DNA from: Strigamia acuminata | Taxonomy: Eukaryota | Length of the DNA: 64,000 nucleotides | Direction of reading: 5' to 3' | Assembly (NCBI GenBank): GCA_949358305.1 | Contig: OX442314.1 | Coordinates: forward strand, 31,372,001 to 31,436,000 | Part shown: positions 12,501 through 22,504 of the stretch, piece by piece | Position numbering within the stretch: the stretch's first letter is position 1 | How the letters are laid out: each line of letters starts with the position of its first letter | The notes under the pieces: model-generated | What the model saw: only the letters and a program-made list of their open reading frames with translations | The model's database searches: none | What the model was told of the DNA's origin: nothing | Position numbers and translations under genes: made by a program

Positions 12501-13518
12501 TTTGTAAAAAGCACTCAGGTTCATGATTTGGTCCAGGGCAGCTTGGTATTTGTGAAAACTAGAATTTTTGAAGACTTGGAAAAAAGTGTTTATTTTTTAT
12601 TGAAAGTGTTTTTAAATGAAAAGAAGTTGTTTTTAATAATGTTTTAATTTTGAATATTGTTTGTTGAAATGATTTGAGTACGACCTCTTGGATTATTCAG
12701 GAATTTATTGATATTTGACTTACTTATTGTATTTTTGACCCACATTCGATTTAATGAACTATTAATCTTTATCACCTCCCATTTTGTGATGTCATTTTCT
12801 GTATTGGCGAATGATATCAATTGTATTGTTCTTTTTGTTTCTTTGTTTTAAAACCACGAGAATAAAGTCAGTGTGTGAATTTTACAACCATTGAACGTGT
12901 GTCTGCGTACATTTTATCGTGAATTTCTACATTCTTCAAACTGCGACAAGTTTGAATACGATTTTGAACAATTGGACTAAGTGGATTTGCAAGAGGCGAC
13001 TCACTTGCATTATTTGAACCGTTTGATTGCTTTTTCGAAGCTTGCAGTGTGTTAGACTTAACAGTATTAGTCTAATCAGAGCACTTCAATTTATAGGCTT
13101 CAGTTAACCACAGTTGTACAGCTACTTTTTGATAACAAAGGTGATCACAATTGTTTAGTCTGCTTTGAATTGTTTGCTAAAGACACAATTACATCTACAT
13201 GTGTGCAAATTTTATTTGCAGACAACAGCAGAGTCAGTGCCAGGCTCAAAATATTCCTGTCAATTTGCTGCATGGTCACTTTTGGTCCTCCCCATCTTGC
13301 TTCCATATTTAATTTTCATCTTTGCATTAGGACTTTTAATATAATTGATTAATTTCTTGCTCATCTTCTATGGATTTGCTGTTTGGAGAGCCCCAGTGAC
13401 TTTAATTGCCATATTTCAGCGATTTCTACAATGGTTACAAGTTTTGCACAAGGGATTGCATCAAAATAAGAAAATAGCAAGTAATACAATTCAAAAATGG
13501 CAGAAAATTAATGACATA

Positions 13519-13907
13519 AGTAGGGGGATAGTGGCAGTCCTGGGCCAGTGGTTGGTGGTGAGGGGGGTGGGGGGTGGTGAGGGGTAAGTAGGGGGAGATA
13601 AGGGGAGGGGAAGATAAGTGGAGGGGGAGATAAGGGGAGGGGAGATAAGGAGAGGGGGAGATAAGGGGAGAGCTAAGTGGGGATGACTAATTGCCTCAAT
13701 CAATCAATCTTATCATTCGATCAATGTGCCCTAGGCTATTATTTGTTATTGTTTTTCTTTACTTAAGTACCTTGTTGTTGTTTTTCCCAAATTTTCAAAG
13801 GCCCCTTGTTTTTCTTTCCTTAAGCACCTTGTTGTTGTTTTTCCCAAATTTTCAAAGGACCCTTAGGCTACTTTTAACCAAAGGAGAGATATTATTGGGT
13901 ACTCATC
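13519..13907 (+). repeat. Polinton left terminal inverted repeat
   Basis: Reverse complement of 44868-45256 with very few mismatches. Confidence 0.95.
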
Positions 13908-14026
13908 AATGTCAGTGATGGAAAGGAAGGGTAAAACAGGAAGTGAGCGGTTCAAAGGGGAGGAGTTATCCTGTATAAATGCAACTCGCATTTTGGGATA
14001 CTCACCATTTCTTTCACAAACAAGCC

Positions 14027-14680
14027 ATGACTACTACTTCAAGCAGCGGGATCTACTCTCTTGGTGGGGAGATCTATTGTCAAGTCAATCCATTTCATAC
14101 CGATGTCTACATCCACCTGAGACGATTTCTGTCATACCCGAACGGAAAGCTGTATCCCTCTCGTGATGGTATGTGCATGAACGTTAAGACATTTTACGAA
14201 TTTGTGGAACATTGGAAGCAGATAACGAGTGAAATTGCGACTTTGAAATCCAAGAAATCATCAACCATTGAGTGCGAAGGTGGCGTTTTAGTCACCATAT
14301 CTAAGTCGAAAACAGATGATGTATCTGTGATGATATGTCGTTCATTTGCACCAGAGAAGTTTATTCTGCTATCGTATGAACAATGGCGTCAACTCAAGAA
14401 GCAGCAATCATCCATATTTTCGGGCATCGATGAAGTTCTGTCAATGTTGCATGAGACCAACCTTCAATTTCCAACTATTCTCGAGGAAACAACTGCAAGT
14501 CCATTTGTAACTCCAACCACATCTCAAGCTGCGATTGTTTTGAAAAAGAAAAAGGAGAGAAAGCAAATGAAGAAGAAACCATATCAGAGACCCATCCTTG
14601 GTGTACATTTTGTGGATTCATCTGATGAGGATGTTGATTCAAAACCTACCGGTGAACCTGCTGATACTGATGATGAATAG
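14027..14680 (+). CDS. Polinton protein with tandem PC4/Sub1-like ssDNA-binding domains and a basic/acidic tail
   Basis: YSLGGEIYCQV...VYIHLRRF...GKLYPSRDGMCM and LLSYEQWRQLKKQ resemble PC4 (ISLNPEQWSQLKEQ); ORF open from 13979, but TATAAA at 13974 favours ATG 14027. Confidence 0.7.
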   Translation: MTTTSSSGIYSLGGEIYCQVNPFHTDVYIHLRRFLSYPNGKLYPSRDGMCMNVKTFYEFVEHWKQITSEIATLKSKKSSTIECEGGVLVTISKSKTDDVSVMICRSFAPEKFILLSYEQWRQLKKQQSSIFSGIDEVLSMLHETNLQFPTILEETTASPFVTPTTSQAAIVLKKKKERKQMKKKPYQRPILGVHFVDSSDEDVDSKPTGEPADTDDE

Positions 14681-14946
14681 ATTTTTACATAATTTGTTAT
14701 TTGTATTGATAGAATAGAAATTGTATACTTTAGTTTAAATTTTTGTACTTATTTCTTTTTTTTTGTATTAATTATATAAATAAAATTTGATTGAATAAGA
14801 ATACATCTTTTTTCTTTCATTAATATCTTTAACAAATAAGTTAGGTTGTAAAAAGGCTATTTGTGTTATATTAGTAGAAATGGAGGATAAAACAGAAAGT
14901 GAGTGGCGCAAAGGTGTCCTCTGCTATGATTCGTTGAAACCATTTT

Positions 14947-14966
14947 AGACAAGTTTCAACATGTCT
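14947..14966. promoter_or_regulatory. p53-family response element, 19/20 match
   Basis: AGACAAGTTT-CAACATGTCT versus RRRCWWGYYY x2. Confidence 0.55.
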
Positions 14967-15058
14967 CAGCAATGGCACTGTTTGGAAGGGGGGATAAAAC
15001 AGGAAGTGAGCGGTGCAAAGGGGAGGAGTCCTATGCTATAATTTCTTGAAACCACTTG

Positions 15059-15078
15059 GGGCAAGTTTAGACATGTCT
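15059..15078. promoter_or_regulatory. Perfect p53-family response element, zero spacer
   Basis: GGGCAAGTTT-AGACATGTCT matches RRRCWWGYYY x2; followed by ATTGG and TATATA. Confidence 0.7.
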
Positions 15079-15113
15079 CCGATTGGACAGCGGAAAAGGT
15101 TAACTGCTATATA

Positions 15114-16334
15114 CAGGGTGGAACAAAAGTCTGTTCCCCTCAAATATTTCCTCACCAATTACATCTAGGCCAACTTTGATGAAGCGATCGTATAGGAAGT
15201 TAGGGGAGAGCAATCCAATGATGTCATCAAATTTGACCTTGAAAGCCATTTTCAAGGTCATTCACTTGCTAACTTCTAACCCAATCAAGTTAGAGCAAAA
15301 AAGTCAATTACAAAGTTGTAGAGCACCATCAAATTACTACTATCCAACTTATCTTAGTCATCTAAAGTTAAATGTTTTCTTTTTAAAAAGGAGACAAATC
15401 AGAAAAAAAATCAGCAAAGTGAAATTTTTTAACCCGCGGAGGCATAAGGATAAAATGTGCCGTTTTGGTTAAAGCCATTACGGATTTATGGACAATTTTT
15501 AAGTTGATTGGTTAAAGCGCCATTTAGTTTGTTTTTAATTCGGAACTAATTTTATTGAGAACGTAATGCCTAAACAATAAAAATAAATAGATTTGAGCCA
15601 TCTGGAGGTGGTTTTAATCACTACTGGTAAATGCGAAAAGCTGTTCACTGAAGCGCTGTTTACAAATACAGCAAAGCCAGCTTAAAAGTTATGCTGGAGT
15701 TTTAAGGGGCAGAAAATTTCCAAGTTGAATATTTAATTAAATAAATGATGAATCATTACAAATTTCACCTGAGATTTACTTTGTTATCAGATAAACAAAG
15801 TCACAAATTTTTAGCAAGAAAAATTCAGAGAAAAAAAAATTTCCTATTCAAGAAAAAGCTTGTCCATAAATCCGTATCGCCAAGGATTAATCTTGTGATA
15901 AAGTAATTATTGAGGCATTAAAAAAAGGCTGTGGTTTTTCTTGTTTACTTACATAATGATGCACATTTGAATACGTTTATTTAAGTAATTCAGTATTTTT
16001 GTGATAGAAATTTAAGTTTTGTCACAATGGCTGGCTTTATTTCAGCTGATTTGTCTCCTTTTTAAAATGAAAACATTTAACTTAAGATTATTAAGATAAG
16101 TTGGATAGTACTAATTTGATGGTGCTCTACAACTTTGTAATTGACTTTTTTGCTCTAACCTGATTGGTTTAGAAGTTAGCAAGTGAATAACCTTGAAAAT
16201 GGCCGTCAAGGTCAAATTTGATGACATCATTGGATTGCTCACACCCAACTTCCTATACGATCGCTTCATCAAAGTTGGCCTAGATGCAATTGCTCAGGAA
16301 ATATTTGAGGGGAACAGACTTTTGTTCCACCCTG
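15114..16334. mobile_element. 1221-bp Tc1/mariner-type MITE, copy 1
   Basis: TA|CAGGGTGGAACAAAAGTCTG...CAGACTTTTGTTCCACCCTG|TA; long TIRs; near-identical to 38942-40162. Confidence 0.93.
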
Positions 16335-16369
16335 TATACCGAGCTGATGTTTCTTTTGGATGAAAAAAC

Positions 16370-17068
16370 ATGGAGAAGACGACAATAGAGCCTGTTTGTT
16401 GGAAAGATATTCTCAAGCAGGATTTACACTTGCAGTATGGACTTCTATTCAACAAAGAAGTAGCTGATTCTACATTTCAAAAGCTGGAAAATGAAATCAC
16501 ATACTATACAGGTAGACTGAGTCAAATCAAGATTTATGGCAAGTGGATCAATATACCGAGACAACAAGTTGCATTTGGTGATGCTGGATTGAAATATTCA
16601 TTTTCCGGTAATACTTTACCGGTTAAAAGTTGGACTCCTCTTTTGCGTGATTTACGAGATGCCGTTCAATTTGTTACCGGACATGAATTTAACTTTGTTC
16701 TCATTAATCGTTATGCAAATGGAAACCAGACTATTGGTGAACATCGAGATGATGAGGCGGGACTTCATCCAAACGCACCAATAGCAAGCCTATCTCTAGG
16801 ACAAAACAGAAACTTTGTTCTTCGTCACGTGTCTCTTAAGCGAAAGTATACTATTCGCAACTCAGTTTTACCACCAAAGCCGATTTCTCTCACGTTGGAA
16901 CACGGTAGCATTCTGCTAATGCACCAACCTACAAACCGTTTTTGGTATCACAGTCTTCCAAAGCAAAGTTCTGCACTTCATCCGCGAATCAACTTAACTT
17001 TTAGAAACATCATTCAAAGTAAGTTCCATTTATTTAATGATATTATTATAAATGAATATTTATTTTAA
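16370..17068 (+). CDS. AlkB-family 2OG-Fe(II) dioxygenase, ALKBH2-like (Polinton-borne)
   Basis: IPRQQVAFGD, FNFVLINRY, GEHRDDE (HxD), IASLSLG, WYHSLP and RINLTFR motifs intact; possible terminal intron 17019-17080. Confidence 0.93.
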   Translation: MEKTTIEPVCWKDILKQDLHLQYGLLFNKEVADSTFQKLENEITYYTGRLSQIKIYGKWINIPRQQVAFGDAGLKYSFSGNTLPVKSWTPLLRDLRDAVQFVTGHEFNFVLINRYANGNQTIGEHRDDEAGLHPNAPIASLSLGQNRNFVLRHVSLKRKYTIRNSVLPPKPISLTLEHGSILLMHQPTNRFWYHSLPKQSSALHPRINLTFRNIIQSKFHLFNDIIINEYLF

Positions 17069-17569
17069 TTCGTGTTTTAGAATGAATTCGGAACAATTAA
17101 AAAACATAGGTTGTATTATTGACTTTGAGGGATTCCAGTTTGGTCCCGACTTTCTACTCAAGGAGCTCGGAGTGTGTTTTCTATACAAGGATTCTACTTT
17201 AAGTTATCACTTTCGTGTTGGACAATTCGACAAACTAGATCCAAAATGGCAAAAAGTTGCTGCTTGGTTAAAACGCAATATCCACGGTATGAAGTTTGAA
17301 GATGGTCCTGATGATCTACCTCAAAGCTGGATTCCTTTTATCCTCACATCTTTACATATAAATTGTGTTCAGGAAGCCAACAGACCAATTATTGCATTCA
17401 AAGGTGGTCAAATTGAAAAAAAATGGTTAATCAAATGTGACATTCCATACCTCGACCTCGAATCATTGGGATGTCCGAAATATCAGGACCTTCATTTTAA
17501 TCTTGATCCTGATTCAAAACCTTTATGTCACCTTCATGAATCCTTACTTCCCTCCAAGTTAATGCACTG

Positions 17570-19316
17570 TATGACGGTTTATAAGTGCTATTTATTAATA
17601 ACACGGCCGAATTTTAAGTGTTTTTGCGAAACCCGCATTTGTCAATGCTCCGAGTCGCCACTAGATGGCGCGATTATAATTCAGCGGTAAATTCGAATTG
17701 CGAGTTAAGAAAACTGGTAAATAAATATAAGAATATATTTATTTGTATGAAACGACACTTTATTAGGATTAATATAAATATATATTAATAATTATTGTTC
17801 ACACTAAGTGATGGGAATCTCTAGTTCAGCAGAAATGGAGATTTGATAATCCATCGATCAACCGATCGATGTGATTGGTGGATCCATTTCCGGTCCTGGG
17901 TATCCAGTTCCGGTTGTGGTGTGAATTAGCATATTGCTCCTCCGTATCCACTTCCGGCGATACGGGATTGGAGGGATTCGTGGAACCCATGTTCCAATTG
18001 GTTGATTGGATTAATCTCTAATCCAGTCAGGTTATATAAACCCAAACAACCGGCCATCCGGCGGCTCTGTTTGATTATTTCTGTTTGGTATTATTACTTA
18101 AGAAATATGATTCGTTGTCCATTAAAAAACCTTTTGGTTCTTTGTTGATTTATTCACAAAGAACCGCGGCATGATTCTACCGAATCATGCAACCACCGGC
18201 AATTGAAGCCGACGTATTGGATTGTTATGTTGCATACATGTTTCAAGTTACGGTCTCGCCGAGGAGAACCTGCCTTCTGTGCAATTCAGTATCCTCCGGG
18301 CAGGACTAAGTGGTCATTTTCGGTATGAACGCATCTCGTAACCGCAAGTAAGCACCGGAACTGTTGAGAGTTGGTTCCTTCACCTGTTGGTGCAAAAGCA
18401 GTCTGTTTCACAGTAACCACGAGTAGCACCAAGTGTTTGGCAAGCTGATTCTCATGGTATTTGGTGCCAAAGCAGTCGTTTTGTTATTAGTACCGCGAAG
18501 GGCTAAACTGCTGTGCGGAGCCGCGAGCTATCGACTCCTGTGTACGTGATACCGTCAATCGCTAGACGAACGACCGTGTTGCGGCGCAGGGGACGCTTGA
18601 TACCGTTCTGCATGGCAAGGCGTTTTCTATCGATGGCAATTGTGTGTTGCGACGGGAAGTCTAACATTTATCCTTTACGTTTATAACAGAACAATATTAA
18701 CTTGGCCACAAGTTAATTAATCAAAGTCAGGAAGACTTAAAAAAACAAGAATACATTGAACTCAATGTGACAAATAAGTTGACGACAACTTATCGATGAA
18801 ATATCCAGTAGAAAAACTCACAACACTTATGAATTAAATATAATTCATAATTGGAATATTGATAAGTAAATGAATACATTTACTTACACCAATATCCTCC
18901 CAAAGTTGTGGCGGTGCAGACAAAGTCAACCGCAATGCTCAGATCATTCGATTTATCGACGTGCGATAATATTACACAGCGAACCAAGGAACCAGCGAAG
19001 CCGTATCGGACTCCAGGACACAGCCATCCGGCTTAGATGACATCTATAATCAGGTCGAGCGATGGGGAAACCGCTCCCATCTCCCAGACCCGTAATGATA
19101 TTATTTTAGGGCCAGTTGGCCAATTCTTTGTATAGTTTAATAGCTGATTTAACTTGCCAAATGTCGGCATTAGTCCTATGTATAATTTAGCCTTGATATT
19201 ATTGTTTACCAACAATAAACTGTCTTGTATTTATCTCGTATTGTATTCACTGTTTATTTATTGCGATCTCTTCCCGGTACCATTGTTAAATGGGAGTTGT
19301 GGTCGTCACCGTCACA
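17570..19316 (+). repeat. Gypsy 5' LTR
   Basis: TATGACGG...CCGTCACA; direct repeat of 29776-31522; TATATAAA near 18033 and AATAAA near 19214. Confidence 0.95.
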
Positions 19317-19318
19317 CG

Positions 19319-19337
19319 TGGAGGTCCCACCGAGATT
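19319..19337 (+). other. Primer-binding site complementary to tRNA-Gln 3' end
   Basis: TGGAGGTCCCACCGAGATT, 2 nt after the LTR. Confidence 0.88.
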
Positions 19338-19644
19338 AGGTTGCAATTAATTCGATTGAATTGTAAAAGTGAATTTTTTTGAGATAAATAAGGCTAAAAA
19401 ATTTGTAAATAAATTTTACAAATTGCAGTTTTAGAAAGTACATTCTGTTTTCTCGAAGAAAATGAATAATACAATTCTGGACGAAGGAATTGCAACCAGG
19501 AATTCTAAATCTATCACACGATGATTGAGATAGATTTAATCGAAGTATTTAAAAAACTAAAGCTTCGGAGAATTTGATGGATATAAAACACAGAATAGTT
19601 ATATTTTGATATTTACTTTATTTTTCCGTGAAAAAGTAAAAGTA

Positions 19645-19664
19645 AGACAAGTTTAAACATGTTT
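19645..19664. promoter_or_regulatory. Perfect p53-family response element in the Gypsy leader
   Basis: AGACAAGTTT-AAACATGTTT matches RRRCWWGYYY x2. Confidence 0.6.
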
Positions 19665-20145
19665 AACGAATCGCAAGACAAAGAAAACTTGCAGAATATG
19701 GAACTTCAAAGTAAAATCCAGTATTAAGGAGAAGCTATAATAATTGGAAACAATTGACAAAGGTTGAAAGTGAATTTATTTTATTTTTATGAAATATATA
19801 ATTTTGGGAATATTTACAAATAATCTCTCGAAGGAATTTTATTTTATCGGTAAAGACTAAAAGTCGAAAAGAACGGACTTAGTAGAGAACTGATGACGAA
19901 AATGATACGTTCGTTATACAATCAGTTGATAACGAACCAGCCAATCAGGAACTAGGTGATCTAAGGATCCCCAGCCCCTTGCTATTAAAGGAGAGCCAGA
20001 TCAGATTGAGATCATTCGCTTCCAGACCAGACCAGCAGACGTGTTTCAGTAACCATCCTGACTGCGCCATCCGATTCTAGTTACGATTCGAAGTTTTCCA
20101 CCGCTAAAATAGTAAAAAAGACCGATTCAATTATATTTTTATAAA

Positions 20146-22482
20146 ATGGATCCAAACAATCTTCCTAACGAAGAAAAAGTGGCTGAAGAAAAGGCCGTAG
20201 AAGAAATAGTTAGCTTGGATTCAAGTTATGTAAAACTTTGTGACCAAACGGAAATGATTCCCGATGAACTCACACAGTTTTGTACGCATTACGAACTAGA
20301 TAGAACTCAGTTCAAAACCATAATCGAAGCTTCTGAATTTGTGACGAAGCGGGCGTTACGTAACATACGTATTAATCCAACTCCGGAAAAACGAGCAGAA
20401 CTTTCGAAGGAGAGTTCGGCGAACCATAAATCTGGAAAGGACCCAATCCCGTCGCCAAGAGATCTGTCTGAAGAAAACAGATCACGACCTAAAACTCCAC
20501 AACGTAAGTTGGGAGATCAAGCAAGAATTAAAACTCCGTCGGTTCGTAACCAAGATATTCGAGAGTTATTTCGAACATCAAGCAAGGAATCGCTTGATCA
20601 GTCCAGTTTAGGAAATAGAACTCCTCACTCCAGCAACGCCAGTTGCCACAATACTCCAAGTATTTCGGAGATAGGAGGATCCAATCTTTCAACTTTTCAA
20701 CCTGAAAATGCTAAAAAGCAGCCCAATCCACATATTTATACGGAGAATGGGACGAGACATTTTGCCAAACAAACCCCTAGAGGGCGAGGCAATAAATCCG
20801 CCATTCGACGGAAATTATCTCCACTACCATCTCCAGTCTTACCTCAAACTCGACAAGAACAATTGAGATTAGACGAAGTGGAAAAGGAACGAATTAGGCT
20901 GGAAGCAACTAATCAAAAACAGATTAACGACGAAAAGATTCGCCAAGATAAACTTGAAGGAGAAGTTGTCAATCAAAACGAAGTTCGTAAGTCGATAGAC
21001 AAAAACGATAAAATTCTAATTGATCAATTACGGGCCCAATGGCGACAGGAACACGATGAAAAGTTCCAAAAGCAACAAGATCAATACAATAAGAAGTGGG
21101 CGGAAGTGAACAGAATTGAAGACAATCAACGCAAGCGGGAGAAAACCTTACAGGAAAGCATCCGGCTAAATCTCGCGGCGTCCACTCGGGCTAGCCATGG
21201 TAGTGAACCCCGAGACCAGACGAATCCGTCACGTGCATCTACCGATGACATTCCAAGTTCACATTCCTCGGCAGAAAGTTCTACAGGAACTAGACTTCCC
21301 TCTGACGGAACTAATATTTCATTTGACTATATTTTGAAAATGCAACAAAATATGGCCGCCCAATTCCAAAAACAATTGGATAGTCGAATAGATACATTCG
21401 TTCAAACTCAACAAACAACTGGGCCGCAACGATCTAATAATCCAGGACCCAGTAAAGTCTTTTTCAAAGGACAAGACCTTCCAGTTTTCGATGGAAAACA
21501 GGAGGATATAGATAAATTTTTATCAGTAGCTAAAACTGTAGCTATTTCAAAGGGATTAACTCTGGACGAAATGGTTAATCAAGGTATTCCCACCTATTTG
21601 TCCGGATTAGCCCAACAATGGTATGACGAGAATAAAACCAAGTTTACCAACTGGGAAACCTTCGTAGAATTATTTCGTGAAGAATTCGACATGATTCCAA
21701 CTACTCGACTCCGAAATTTACGAAAAGTAATCCAAGGAGACGATGAACCTTTATATGAATTTCTAGTCAGATTCACTAAAGCCCAAGGATCGTACTCCGA
21801 AAGAGGAAATGTTGCCACACTTTTCGACAACTTGAATTGGACAAGTTACAATAGATTAATCGATCGAAATCTATACAGGAGCGATTCAGTAGATAAAATT
21901 TTCCAATTCGTACGAACGAATAGAGCTCTCTTTGAACCTCAAAGGATTCGTACAGAGAATTCCAAAGAAATTGATAAAGTAGTATCTAACAACCAGAAGT
22001 ATTCTAAAGATACCAAAAATACGAGACCTTCTGCTCGATCCACTCAAATGATGGAAATAGAGCCGGAAGAAGAAATAATGGAAGTCAATGAGTTGACAGA
22101 GAATAATGTATCAATGGATAATTTATTATGTGCCATGTCGGAAAATCAGACAGGGAAATGTTTTCATTGTAAACAACCAGGTCATTTCAAAAGAGAATGT
22201 CCTCTGCTTCCAAAGCGAAAATTTAGCAATAATTTCCCTGGAAATAATAATTCCAATAACAATAGCGCTAATCAGCAGCCGAACGAATTTAAGCGACCAC
22301 GCCAAAATTGGGTAACTGCCGAAGCTATTGATCAAAAAATGGAAGAGTTAAAAACTGATATGAATAACAGTATGCAAACAACGATAAGTAAGACAGTGTC
22401 GGATTTATTTAGTAAATTCTTAGACCCGAAGAACGCTACTACGGCACCAATTACTGAAACCCCACCGGTTCCAAAAAACTAG
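20146..22482 (+). CDS. Gypsy gag
   Basis: LPVFDG, YLSGLAQQWY, WETFVELFREEF capsid motifs; CFHCKQPGHFKREC CCHC knuckle. Confidence 0.92.
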   Translation: MDPNNLPNEEKVAEEKAVEEIVSLDSSYVKLCDQTEMIPDELTQFCTHYELDRTQFKTIIEASEFVTKRALRNIRINPTPEKRAELSKESSANHKSGKDPIPSPRDLSEENRSRPKTPQRKLGDQARIKTPSVRNQDIRELFRTSSKESLDQSSLGNRTPHSSNASCHNTPSISEIGGSNLSTFQPENAKKQPNPHIYTENGTRHFAKQTPRGRGNKSAIRRKLSPLPSPVLPQTRQEQLRLDEVEKERIRLEATNQKQINDEKIRQDKLEGEVVNQNEVRKSIDKNDKILIDQLRAQWRQEHDEKFQKQQDQYNKKWAEVNRIEDNQRKREKTLQESIRLNLAASTRASHGSEPRDQTNPSRASTDDIPSSHSSAESSTGTRLPSDGTNISFDYILKMQQNMAAQFQKQLDSRIDTFVQTQQTTGPQRSNNPGPSKVFFKGQDLPVFDGKQEDIDKFLSVAKTVAISKGLTLDEMVNQGIPTYLSGLAQQWYDENKTKFTNWETFVELFREEFDMIPTTRLRNLRKVIQGDDEPLYEFLVRFTKAQGSYSERGNVATLFDNLNWTSYNRLIDRNLYRSDSVDKIFQFVRTNRALFEPQRIRTENSKEIDKVVSNNQKYSKDTKNTRPSARSTQMMEIEPEEEIMEVNELTENNVSMDNLLCAMSENQTGKCFHCKQPGHFKRECPLLPKRKFSNNFPGNNNSNNNSANQQPNEFKRPRQNWVTAEAIDQKMEELKTDMNNSMQTTISKTVSDLFSKFLDPKNATTAPITETPPVPKN

Positions 22483-22504
22483 TGGCGGGGGTCCTCGAGC
22501 CCCC
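22473..22504 (+). other. -1 programmed ribosomal frameshift signal
   Basis: A-AAA-AAC heptamer immediately before the gag TAG; GGGGG...CCCCC hairpin 7 nt downstream; pol lies in the -1 frame. Confidence 0.8.

Noticed and set aside
15176..15472. Identical 98-aa ORFs at 15176 and 39004, and other duplicated short ORFs in LTRs and TIRs
   Set aside because: Incidental frames in repeated non-coding sequence, no recognisable domains
16370..17690. AlkB-nuclease fusion protein made by splicing
   Set aside because: The candidate intron joins to AAA TGA, a stop, not an in-frame fusion
17570..17690. C-terminus of the listed ORF 17052-17690
   Set aside because: Read-through into the Gypsy LTR; the real C-terminus lies at 31527-31698
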